Positions 47,329-54,797 of a DNA stretch of 64,000 nt are shown here, piece by piece. Positions within the stretch are counted from its first letter, which is position 1. Every line of letters begins with the position of its first letter. The position numbers were made by a program, and so were the translations under genes. Under the pieces are notes generated by a model. It was not told the origin of the DNA and did not search any database. It saw nothing but the letters and a program-made list of their open reading frames with translations. The stretch comes from a virus: the IMG/VR virus record IMGVR_UViG_3300009151_000031; one strand, given 5' to 3'.

Positions 47329-47406
47329 ACCCCTGTAGGCAAATTGGTAAAGCCAACTCTCTTAAAAGGAGTAGTCTTCCCTGTTCGAATCAGGGCAGGG
47401 GTACCA
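47329..47406 (+). tRNA. trnL: tRNA-Leu(TAA), short variable loop
   Basis: acccctg/caggggt acceptor, actct-ctTAAaa-ggagt arm, 6-nt variable region, CCA. Confidence 0.8.
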
Positions 47407-47411
47407 ATCAA

Positions 47412-47501
47412 GGAAGTGTGTCTGAGTCCGGCTTAAGGAAACAGTCTTGAAAACTGTCGGCTGTAAAAGGTCCGTGGGTTCGAATCCCACCGCTTCCGCC
47501 A
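47412..47501 (+). tRNA. trnS: tRNA-Ser(TGA)
   Basis: Long variable arm, CCA. Confidence 0.93.
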
Positions 47502-48803
47502 TTAATAAATGCTTAACTTGCCTTCGATGCAATGCAAGTATCGTGTTTGATCGTTCTTAAAATCCTGCGCTTTAACTGCGCCAGTACTAGGAATACTACT
47601 GTCACCGATGTAATACATTGGACTAATGTATTGCTTAAGGTCTCGTAATTGTCCGTCTAGAGTTTTTGTAATGTATCTAGCATCTAAGTTAGTAGACATA
47701 AATTCTACACCGGCTTCCCAAATCTGATATTGTTTAGTATCGATAAAATTTTGAAAGAACCAATTATCCATTTCTGCTCTGATGCCGGTAGTAGGTTTAG
47801 CAACTTGGAAGGTATTAAAGTCATAGTCGGGATAAACAATAGCACGTACAAGACCTTCGTACGTAGTGCGGTTATAGTGATCGCCATTGGGCCAGCGTAC
47901 AGCACTTTGGAAATTATAATGCATGGGCATTTCAAACCATTGTCGTACCATGTGTGCTTGTTTAGTTAACATTGCACAACTATCTGGTGACCAGTAAAAC
48001 AGTTCTGTTGTCACATTGGTAATATCACCCATGTCTGCGCTGTTGTGATTAGCAAGTGGATCTTGGAAATACAAGAACCACCGACAGTCTTTGACACACA
48101 GCTTGGGTTTATCGCAGCCAAATACCATGGCAATACGTATATTGCAATCAACCAAGTTCTTTTGTTCTGCACTACTGGCCACAGTATGCTTTGACCATTG
48201 TCCAGGCTGTAATGCATGACGAGTGCGAAAGATCCAAGACTCATCTGTACCTTGACGATCGATCAAATCGTCTGTGTAATCGTGTATGGTAATTTTTGTA
48301 GCAGGATAGTTTGCGGCAATCCAATTCATTATTGGTTTGACAGCAAAATCAAACTCGCTGAGATGATTGGCAGAACTGGTATCCCAGGGATTGCCTGATG
48401 CGTTTTTATCTGCTTGTTTTGGGTAACGATAGATAACTTCGTCTAAGTGTATTCCGTTAAGCAAAAACGCAAATGCTACTGTGGCACTATCGGCACCACC
48501 GCTTAACTCTAGACGTACATAGTCATAGTTATCGCGAATAGATTGTGCGCGACGTCGATACAGTTCACGTATATCTTCTTCGGGCTCAATATGCCAGGCA
48601 TGTTTTAAGAATACATCTTCGTTAAATAGCCAGCGCACAGGATCGTTATTGAGATTGTGTGCATGACCGGGAAGTTTTGAACCAGCTAAGATTGCTTGGT
48701 TTTTATTATAAAATACTTCATTACCTAAAGTATAGTAGCCAAGTTTTTTGTTTGGTTCAAATTTAATACCACCTGCAGAGGTGTGTTCAATTTTAGGTAG
48801 CAT
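47502..48803 (-). CDS. PP-loop (N-type ATP pyrophosphatase; asparagine-synthetase-like) protein
   Basis: LELSGGADS PP-loop, FGCDKP. Reverse TAAATA at 48840-48845. Confidence 0.65.
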   Translation of the reverse strand: MLPKIEHTSAGGIKFEPNKKLGYYTLGNEVFYNKNQAILAGSKLPGHAHNLNNDPVRWLFNEDVFLKHAWHIEPEEDIRELYRRRAQSIRDNYDYVRLELSGGADSATVAFAFLLNGIHLDEVIYRYPKQADKNASGNPWDTSSANHLSEFDFAVKPIMNWIAANYPATKITIHDYTDDLIDRQGTDESWIFRTRHALQPGQWSKHTVASSAEQKNLVDCNIRIAMVFGCDKPKLCVKDCRWFLYFQDPLANHNSADMGDITNVTTELFYWSPDSCAMLTKQAHMVRQWFEMPMHYNFQSAVRWPNGDHYNRTTYEGLVRAIVYPDYDFNTFQVAKPTTGIRAEMDNWFFQNFIDTKQYQIWEAGVEFMSTNLDARYITKTLDGQLRDLKQYISPMYYIGDSSIPSTGAVKAQDFKNDQTRYLHCIEGKLSIY

Positions 48804-48829
48804 AGTTGATTATAACAGATAAGTAAGTG

Positions 48830-48858
48830 TTGACGCAAGTATTTATTTAATATATAAT
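48830..48858 (+). promoter_or_regulatory. Sigma70-type promoter
   Basis: TTGACG-17-TATAAT. Confidence 0.7.
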
Positions 48859-48879
48859 ACATCAATAATGAAAGGTGAT

Positions 48880-49023
48880 ATGAGCCATAACGACACACTC
48901 AATCGAGCATACGGTAATATCCCAAAAGAAGTCGGATACACAGTTGACTTCAGTTTCATGCCATTTCATCGCCCAGTTAAGTATTTTTGGCTTACCTGGA
49001 TTGTAAGAAAGTTTTTTAGATAA
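48880..49023 (+). CDS. Small hypothetical protein (47 aa)
   Basis: MSHNDTLNRAYGNIPKE...FFR*, AAAGGTG RBS, not in the ORF track. Confidence 0.45.
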   Translation: MSHNDTLNRAYGNIPKEVGYTVDFSFMPFHRPVKYFWLTWIVRKFFR

Positions 49024-49028
49024 TCTAA

Positions 49029-49103
49029 CGCGGGGTACGTCAGTGGTAGACCGCCAGGCTCATAACCTGGAAGACGGAGGTTCGAATCCTTCCCCCGCAA
49101 CCA
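49029..49103 (+). tRNA. trnfM: Initiator tRNA-fMet(CAT)
   Basis: C1:A72 mismatch, CGCGGGG acceptor, CCA. Confidence 0.88.
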
Positions 49104-49106
49104 AAT

Positions 49107-50186
49107 ATGTTACACCTAATACTACACCCATTAAAACGCCCAGCCGAAAAACAAGTTGATCTACTTGTTGCAACCTTAGACATGCACGGAATTGATTACG
49201 TTAAATGTAGTATTGACAAGGTTCCAGCAGGAGCCACAATCATCACAGATTGTTTTATAATGGAAACTCCTTGTGGAGATCCGGGCAATGATATTGCTAG
49301 TAATATTATAGATCATGCCGCAAGTCACAATAACAAAATTGTATTTTATTATCCTAGCGAAAGCTACGCAACATTATCGGCAAGTTTTTGCCCTACCGCA
49401 GAAGCAATACAAGAAAAAAATGTCAAGGGATATTTAGTAAAGTGTGGTGACTGGGATATAGATGGTTACGTAAAAAATTATAACATGCCAGAGTTTTTTG
49501 CATGGATACTTAATAATGAATTTAATCGTACCAGATTAGACTATACACACAGTCTGATAGATACTATGACAAAGTCACACAAGTTCCTATTCTTTAACGG
49601 AGAGTTCCGCAACAATAGAGAACGCTTCTTTGAATTGTTTAAAGAGGCTGGATTACTTGAATCAAGTATATGGAGTCATAGGTCGGGCAAGAGTGCAGAA
49701 GGCTTCGGTCCTGACAAAGATTGGCCGGATCCATTTATACATCCAGACTTTAGATTTTATGCATATTATCCTAGTCATTATTATGACACTAGTATAAGCA
49801 TTGTGAGTGAAACTACACAAACAGAATTCTTCCCTACGGAAAAGACCTATAAGAGTTTAATGCTAGGACATCCATTTGCTGTGTATGGCGGGCAACATAG
49901 TCTACGTAAACTGCAAGCATTAGGATTTGAAACGTTTGGCGATAGCATAGATGAAACGTATGACAACTGCGAGTGGCCAGAAGAACGTGCCAATGTTCTA
50001 ATAGAAAGTCTAAAAAATTGCAGTATTCCACGACCCAGTAACCATAATAGGCTACAATTTCAGAAAGTGGCTAATTCAGCATACAATCATCTGTTAAATA
50101 TCTTGCAAGATATAGATAATAATGTTATAATAAAAGAGAACTTTGCAGTCAGTAGTTCTGTTTTGAACAAGTATTTTTTAAATTAA
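49107..50186 (+). CDS. GT10/GT-B-like protein (TEKT family, copy 3)
   Basis: FLFFNG..R.NR...IVSET...FPTEKTYK...HPF.VYGG..L..LGFETF. Confidence 0.45.
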   Translation: MLHLILHPLKRPAEKQVDLLVATLDMHGIDYVKCSIDKVPAGATIITDCFIMETPCGDPGNDIASNIIDHAASHNNKIVFYYPSESYATLSASFCPTAEAIQEKNVKGYLVKCGDWDIDGYVKNYNMPEFFAWILNNEFNRTRLDYTHSLIDTMTKSHKFLFFNGEFRNNRERFFELFKEAGLLESSIWSHRSGKSAEGFGPDKDWPDPFIHPDFRFYAYYPSHYYDTSISIVSETTQTEFFPTEKTYKSLMLGHPFAVYGGQHSLRKLQALGFETFGDSIDETYDNCEWPEERANVLIESLKNCSIPRPSNHNRLQFQKVANSAYNHLLNILQDIDNNVIIKENFAVSSSVLNKYFLN

Positions 50187-50195
50187 AGGATTACA

Positions 50196-50423
50196 ATGCC
50201 ACAGTACATCAGCCGCGGAGCATCAATTGACACAGAAAAATGTGTTGCAGAAGCAGGTGGAAATAGATTTGATTTAGTCATTATGGCCACTCAACGTGCC
50301 AGAGAAATTAAACAACGTAATCAACATAGTGTAAAGCATGAGCATCTACATGGTGTAGTTACAGCACTAATAGAAATACAAGATGGTAATGTAGATCCCA
50401 ATTGGAAACAAAAAGTTCGATGA
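50196..50423 (+). CDS. rpoZ: RNA polymerase omega subunit homolog
   Basis: GNRFDLVIMATQRAREI...ALIEIQDG matches NRFDLVLVAARRARQ...AL.EI..G of RpoZ. AAAGGA RBS. Confidence 0.8.
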   Translation: MPQYISRGASIDTEKCVAEAGGNRFDLVIMATQRAREIKQRNQHSVKHEHLHGVVTALIEIQDGNVDPNWKQKVR

Positions 50424-50857
50424 AACCAAAGTTTCAACAGCTATATATAACTATAGCAAGTACAGTAGCAACAATGAGTACAGCACGTCGCCTACAAGTT
50501 GGTGCTATTGTGGTCAAAGATGATCGTGTTATTAGTATGGGCTACAATGGTATGCCTAGTGGGTGGGACAATAATTGCGAAGATGAAATATGTTGGCCCA
50601 ATGGGGAAATAAAGTTTTTAACAACTAAACCGGAGGTACTTCATGCTGAAACTAATGCAATCGCTAAGTTGGCAAGATCAAACGAGTCTGGCCTTGGTGC
50701 TACTATGTTCATTACTCACTCACCTTGCTTGGACTGTGCCAAATTGGTTTACCAATCTGGTATCAATACTGTTTATTATCGCAATAGTTATCGTAACGAA
50801 GAAGGCATACAATTCCTGGAAAAAGCAGGAGTAGAAGTAGTAAAATTAGAAGATTAA
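50420..50857 (+). CDS. cd: dCMP deaminase
   Basis: VGAIVVKD..ISMGYNG..HAETNAI..SPCLDC. Start at ATGA overlap. Confidence 0.93.
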   Translation: MKPKFQQLYITIASTVATMSTARRLQVGAIVVKDDRVISMGYNGMPSGWDNNCEDEICWPNGEIKFLTTKPEVLHAETNAIAKLARSNESGLGATMFITHSPCLDCAKLVYQSGINTVYYRNSYRNEEGIQFLEKAGVEVVKLED

Positions 50858-50858
50858 C

Positions 50859-50934
50859 GGGGGTGTAGCTCATTTGGGAGAGCGCCTGCTTTGCAAGCAG
50901 GATGTAGCAAGTTCGATCCTTGTCACCTCCACCA
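50859..50934 (+). tRNA. trnA: tRNA-Ala(TGC)
   Basis: G3:U70, CCA. Confidence 0.95.
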
Positions 50935-50940
50935 AAATAA

Positions 50941-51028
50941 GGAAAGTTGGCCGAGTGGTTAAGGCAACGGTTTGCTAAACCGTCGTCCCGAAAGGGGCGC
51001 ATAGGTTCGAATCCTATACTTTCCGCCA
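50941..51028 (+). tRNA. trnS: tRNA-Ser(GCT)
   Basis: Long variable arm, CCA. Confidence 0.95.
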
Positions 51029-51093
51029 AATTGTATCAAAAAAGTGTAAACGACAATAAATAAGTACATATACACTTACCAGGAGTTTCCCCC

Positions 51094-52059
51094 ATGAGTC
51101 AAACACGTACAATACGTTGGGTTTTATACCACGAACCAGTTGATTTGTTTTTGCGTACAGCCAAGGCATTCAGCGAAGAAATCGCTCGTACAACCAACGG
51201 CCGTTTAGCAGTTGAAATTTTAACAACACAAGAGTTTGCTGACAAATACAACAAAGATGCTGGCCTAGAACCATTGACTTGGATGCAGTCAGGCGATGCA
51301 GAAATGACACAAGTTCAAGTTGTGCATTTAGGTATTTGGCATGCTCCAGAGTTTTTTGCACTGGAATTGCCATTCTTGTTTGATAGTCACGAACATGCTA
51401 CTCGCGTACTAGAAGGAGATATTGGTGAAACTATGCTAGGCGATCTAGATAGCAAGACTCCGGTACACGGTTTAGCATTCACATATTCAGGCGGTTATCG
51501 TTGTTTAGCACTCGACCGTGAAATTAGTAAAGCTGAAGATCTTCAAGGTCTTAAGATGGTGACTAATACAAACCCAGTATCAATTGATACAGCAGAAGCA
51601 TTTGGATGCGTTGCAGTACCAGTCAATCTAAAAGAAGCAGTAAACGTTAATAGAAACAACGACAACAATCACAACGGCAACAACGCAATCGAAACAACAT
51701 TGCCACGTTATGAAAAAGAAGCCAAGAGTGCAGTACATACACACGTAAGCAATACACGTCACAGCATGTATCTAACAAGTATTTTAATTAGTAAGGACTT
51801 CTGGGCAAGTTTAAGTGCAGAAGATCAAGCGTCTATCAAGGCAGCGGCAATGCACAGTTCTGCATTAGAACGCCATTGGACTGTTAATGATAGTGCCAAG
51901 ATTGCTAACAGCACAGAAGAACAAGCTAAAATGGGCATTAGTTATACTGAGTTTGCTGATAGCGAACGTGCTAAATTAAAAGAATTAGTACAGCCAATGT
52001 ACAACAAGTATCGCCAAATCTTTGGCGTTGATCTAGTAGATGGAATTATCAAGGGATAA
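51094..52059 (+). CDS. TRAP DctP-fold protein, copy 3 (no signal peptide)
   Basis: WVLYHEPVDLFLRTA, ALELPFLFDSHEHA, GLAFTYSGGYR. aaTAAATA at 51055-51062. Confidence 0.8.
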   Translation: MSQTRTIRWVLYHEPVDLFLRTAKAFSEEIARTTNGRLAVEILTTQEFADKYNKDAGLEPLTWMQSGDAEMTQVQVVHLGIWHAPEFFALELPFLFDSHEHATRVLEGDIGETMLGDLDSKTPVHGLAFTYSGGYRCLALDREISKAEDLQGLKMVTNTNPVSIDTAEAFGCVAVPVNLKEAVNVNRNNDNNHNGNNAIETTLPRYEKEAKSAVHTHVSNTRHSMYLTSILISKDFWASLSAEDQASIKAAAMHSSALERHWTVNDSAKIANSTEEQAKMGISYTEFADSERAKLKELVQPMYNKYRQIFGVDLVDGIIKG

Positions 52060-52707
52060 ATGAAAGACTTTAGTTTTTCAATTCTTAAAAATAACGAAGT
52101 ACAAAAAATAACATTCCAGGACTTAGCCTTAAACAAGCGAGTCCTGGTTTGCTCTGTTGTCCGTATGCAAACCCATGTTTCGGATTTGTATGTTAAAGAA
52201 TTAATTAAGCAAACTACTAGTTACAAACAACAAGGCATTGACGAAGTTTATCTAATAAACTCATGCCATGGACTATTTGCACTTGCAAGATTTGATAAGA
52301 TATTTCCGGAAATTACAATGTTAGCAGATACTGATAATCAATTTGTAACGTGGATTAGTAGTACGGTAAACAAAGCTACGCAGACTATAGATAATTTATC
52401 AAAGTATTGGAGTTATCAAGTACTACTGAACAATGGCAAAATAGAGCAATTTTACGAACAGCCAACTGAAAATTATATTAGACATTTAATTAAGGCTGGA
52501 CACAAACCAAATTTGGCACACCAAAAGTTTTTTATAACCGAAGGCGACACAGTTGCATTACATCGCCCTGGGTTAAGTAGAGAAGAACAAAATACATTTG
52601 GACATTTGCCATTTGATGGTGCTCGGTGTACTCCGTTGGAGTTTATGTATTTTAATCTTTGTCCAAACACTAAATTAAATCAATATTTGCTTGACACACA
52701 GGTGTAA
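52060..52707 (+). CDS. Peroxiredoxin-5/redoxin-fold protein, degenerate, copy 3
   Basis: KRVLVCS...QGIDEVYLIN...MLADTDNQF...YWSYQVLLNNGKIEQFYEQP. Confidence 0.55.
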   Translation: MKDFSFSILKNNEVQKITFQDLALNKRVLVCSVVRMQTHVSDLYVKELIKQTTSYKQQGIDEVYLINSCHGLFALARFDKIFPEITMLADTDNQFVTWISSTVNKATQTIDNLSKYWSYQVLLNNGKIEQFYEQPTENYIRHLIKAGHKPNLAHQKFFITEGDTVALHRPGLSREEQNTFGHLPFDGARCTPLEFMYFNLCPNTKLNQYLLDTQV

Positions 52708-52719
52708 CTAGTATATAAT
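52691..52719 (+). promoter_or_regulatory. Sigma70 consensus promoter
   Basis: TTGACA-17-TATAAT. Confidence 0.85.
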
Positions 52720-52730
52720 TAATACAAGTA

Positions 52731-52980
52731 ATAAGTTTGGGTACATGGTGTGGCGACCATCTGATACATGTGGTAGTCTTAGTAATAGTATGTAACACAC
52801 GACCCCGTGGCACTGATACTGCAAAATCGGGTACTCCCGAGGGTACAAGGAATTTTAAAACTATGAACAGGTGCAAGAGTCCATGAAAAAGCCTGTGAAG
52901 GCAAGCTATTTAGCCGAGTCGCTCTTGGTTAGCATTGTGGTCCACTGTCGAAAAGCAGATTTAGGTGTACCCAAACTTAT
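52731..52980 (+). ncRNA. Candidate ~250-nt structured ncRNA
   Basis: 16-bp terminal stem ataagtttgggtacat/gtgtacccaaacttat, internal hairpins, own promoter, no credible plus-strand ORF. Confidence 0.6.
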
Positions 52981-52998
52981 TACATTAAATAGTATTAT

Positions 52999-53074
52999 GC
53001 CCTTTTAGCTCATTTGGTAGAGCAACGCACTTGTAATGCGTAGGTGGTCAGTTCGAATCCGACAAAGGGCACCA
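52999..53074 (+). tRNA. trnT: tRNA-Thr(TGT)
   Basis: Cloverleaf, CCA. Confidence 0.95.
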
Positions 53075-53089
53075 TTTTAACGAGGATAT

Positions 53090-53266
53090 ATGACAGAAGA
53101 AAAGAAAAGTAAGAATCCTTTTATTAACTTGGCAAATGCCGCAAAAGCGGCGGCCGGAGTACCAAGTACACCTGGATCTAAGACAGCAGAAGTTCAAAAA
53201 GCTAAATTTGGCACACAAGTACAGGGTAACAAACCAGCTAAACGAAGTGCTGGCAGAGGCAGATAA
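53090..53266 (+). CDS. Small basic hypothetical protein (58 aa)
   Basis: MTEEKKSKNPF...RSAGRGR*, GAGGA RBS, not in the ORF track. Confidence 0.55.
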   Translation: MTEEKKSKNPFINLANAAKAAAGVPSTPGSKTAEVQKAKFGTQVQGNKPAKRSAGRGR

Positions 53267-53311
53267 GCATAAATAAAGCTATAGAGTACCATACTTGATT
53301 TAGGAAAAATT

Positions 53312-53854
53312 ATGCACATTATATCATCCACAGATCCTTGGGATTTAACCACACGTCAAATTGATATTGGTTTACTGGTGTCGGCGCTTAACACAGCATC
53401 ATCGTCAACCGGGTCAGCATCTATTCAGATCAACGGAACAACAGTTGCATCTGGGATTGCTGTATCTAATATTGCCGCGAGCAACGAAACAATTGATCCA
53501 ATTGGTGCAGATCATGCACAATTGACTATTCACAGCATTTATGCAAATATTTCACGTAACGATGCCACACAAGGTCCTATTACAGTTCGTGTAACTGCCG
53601 ATGAAGGTAGTGCGGATTTGTTATGGTGCTATACAGGCTCTAAATCAATACAATATTTTCGTACTGTAAATGGTGTTATAGAATACGGTCCTAGAGGTAA
53701 CACATTACCAAGATTTGACCCAACTCTCGGAACCGTTCAAACTCCAACAGGCGGTGGTGTAGGCAATGTAGAGTTAGGGTATGGATGGAAAACTATTCCT
53801 TCAGCTGGTAGCGTTGTTGTAGATATAACCGGTATTTTAGGTAATATCGCTTAA
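53312..53854 (+). CDS. Hypothetical beta-rich late protein
   Basis: 180 aa, TAAATA near 53270, AGGA RBS. Confidence 0.6.
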   Translation: MHIISSTDPWDLTTRQIDIGLLVSALNTASSSTGSASIQINGTTVASGIAVSNIAASNETIDPIGADHAQLTIHSIYANISRNDATQGPITVRVTADEGSADLLWCYTGSKSIQYFRTVNGVIEYGPRGNTLPRFDPTLGTVQTPTGGGVGNVELGYGWKTIPSAGSVVVDITGILGNIA

Positions 53855-53871
53855 TTACCACATGCCACAAT

Positions 53872-53899
53872 AATCCGCTCTTTTGGGCGGATTTTTTTT
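53872..53899 (+). terminator. Intrinsic terminator
   Basis: aatccgctc/gggcggatt hairpin plus T run. Confidence 0.8.
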
Positions 53900-53926
53900 G
53901 ACCTTTAATTCTTTCTATGTTATACT
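53898..53926 (+). promoter_or_regulatory. Sigma70-type promoter
   Basis: TTGACC-17-TATACT. Confidence 0.6.
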
Positions 53927-53955
53927 AGATATTAGTTAAACCCTAGGAGTAATAA

Positions 53956-54120
53956 ATGTTTGAATCACTAGAAATCCGCAGAGTTGCAAATGGTTTTATT
54001 TTGGTAGTTAATACCGAAGAAGATGCCACTGAGTTTGTGTACGATACTGAACGCAAATTAATGCGTGTAGTTAAACAGTACCTTGGAGAGCGTGTAAGCA
54101 AGGATGAGTTGGCTGATTAA
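53956..54120 (+). CDS. Small hypothetical protein (54 aa)
   Basis: MFESLEIRRVANGFIL...LAD*, AGGAG RBS, TAATG coupling to the next gene. Confidence 0.6.
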   Translation: MFESLEIRRVANGFILVVNTEEDATEFVYDTERKLMRVVKQYLGERVSKDELAD

Positions 54121-54761
54121 TGAGTATTGCCGATTATTTAACAAATAACCCGGTTGCTAAATTACAACTAGGGTGTGGTGGTAATATGTTGCAGGGCTGG
54201 TGCAATACCGATGGTCAAAGTGACGGCTGGTATCATCCCAACGGGATCAAGTTAGATGCCAGTAAGCCTTTTCCCGTTGCCGACGATAGTTTTGATTATG
54301 TATTCAGCGAGCACATGATTGAGCATCTTGATTATTGGGCCGGGTACCGTATGCTAGAAGAATCATTTAGGGTAATGAAACCAGGCGCTCGTATTCGTAT
54401 CAGTTGCCCGTCAATTGATTTGCTCATGCAAATTTGCGCCGATAAAGAGCATCCTGACCATCGAGCCTACATTGAATTTTTATTAAATGAACCCGACAAA
54501 GAGCCTTTTGTGGATACCATGTTTATCTTTAATAAAATGTTTAGATTTTGTGGGCATACACATATCTATACTAAAACAGGTTTAGTAACTACCATGGAGG
54601 CAGTTGGGTTTGCGGACTTCAGTGAACATAAGATCATTGAAAGCAACGATCCTAACTTGGCAGGATTAGAAAAAGTTTGGCACATGCCTGACTTTGATGG
54701 ACATAACAGTCGTATCCTGCAAATGGAAACTATGACAATAGAAGCAGTTAAGCCAAAATAA
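54120..54761 (+). CDS. Class I SAM-dependent methyltransferase
   Basis: LQLGCG, FDYVFSEHMIEH, RVMKPGA. Confidence 0.85.
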   Translation: MSIADYLTNNPVAKLQLGCGGNMLQGWCNTDGQSDGWYHPNGIKLDASKPFPVADDSFDYVFSEHMIEHLDYWAGYRMLEESFRVMKPGARIRISCPSIDLLMQICADKEHPDHRAYIEFLLNEPDKEPFVDTMFIFNKMFRFCGHTHIYTKTGLVTTMEAVGFADFSEHKIIESNDPNLAGLEKVWHMPDFDGHNSRILQMETMTIEAVKPK

Positions 54762-54783
54762 AACCGCCCAAAGGCGGTTTTTT
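54760..54783. terminator. Bidirectional intrinsic terminator
   Basis: aaaaccgcc-caaa-ggcggtttttt between convergent genes. Confidence 0.8.
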
Positions 54784-54797
54784 AATGACTGTAAATG

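Noticed and set aside
47502-48803. TilS (lysidine synthetase) for the Ile2 tRNA
   Set aside because: The size and SGGxDS loop fit, but the TilS motifs (HxNHGLR, AHxxDDxxET, RPLL) are absent.
39542-52059. Functional TRAP transporter as an auxiliary metabolic system
   Set aside because: No membrane subunits in the window, no signal peptides, and the carboxylate-binding Arg is missing. Kept as a finding under a different interpretation.
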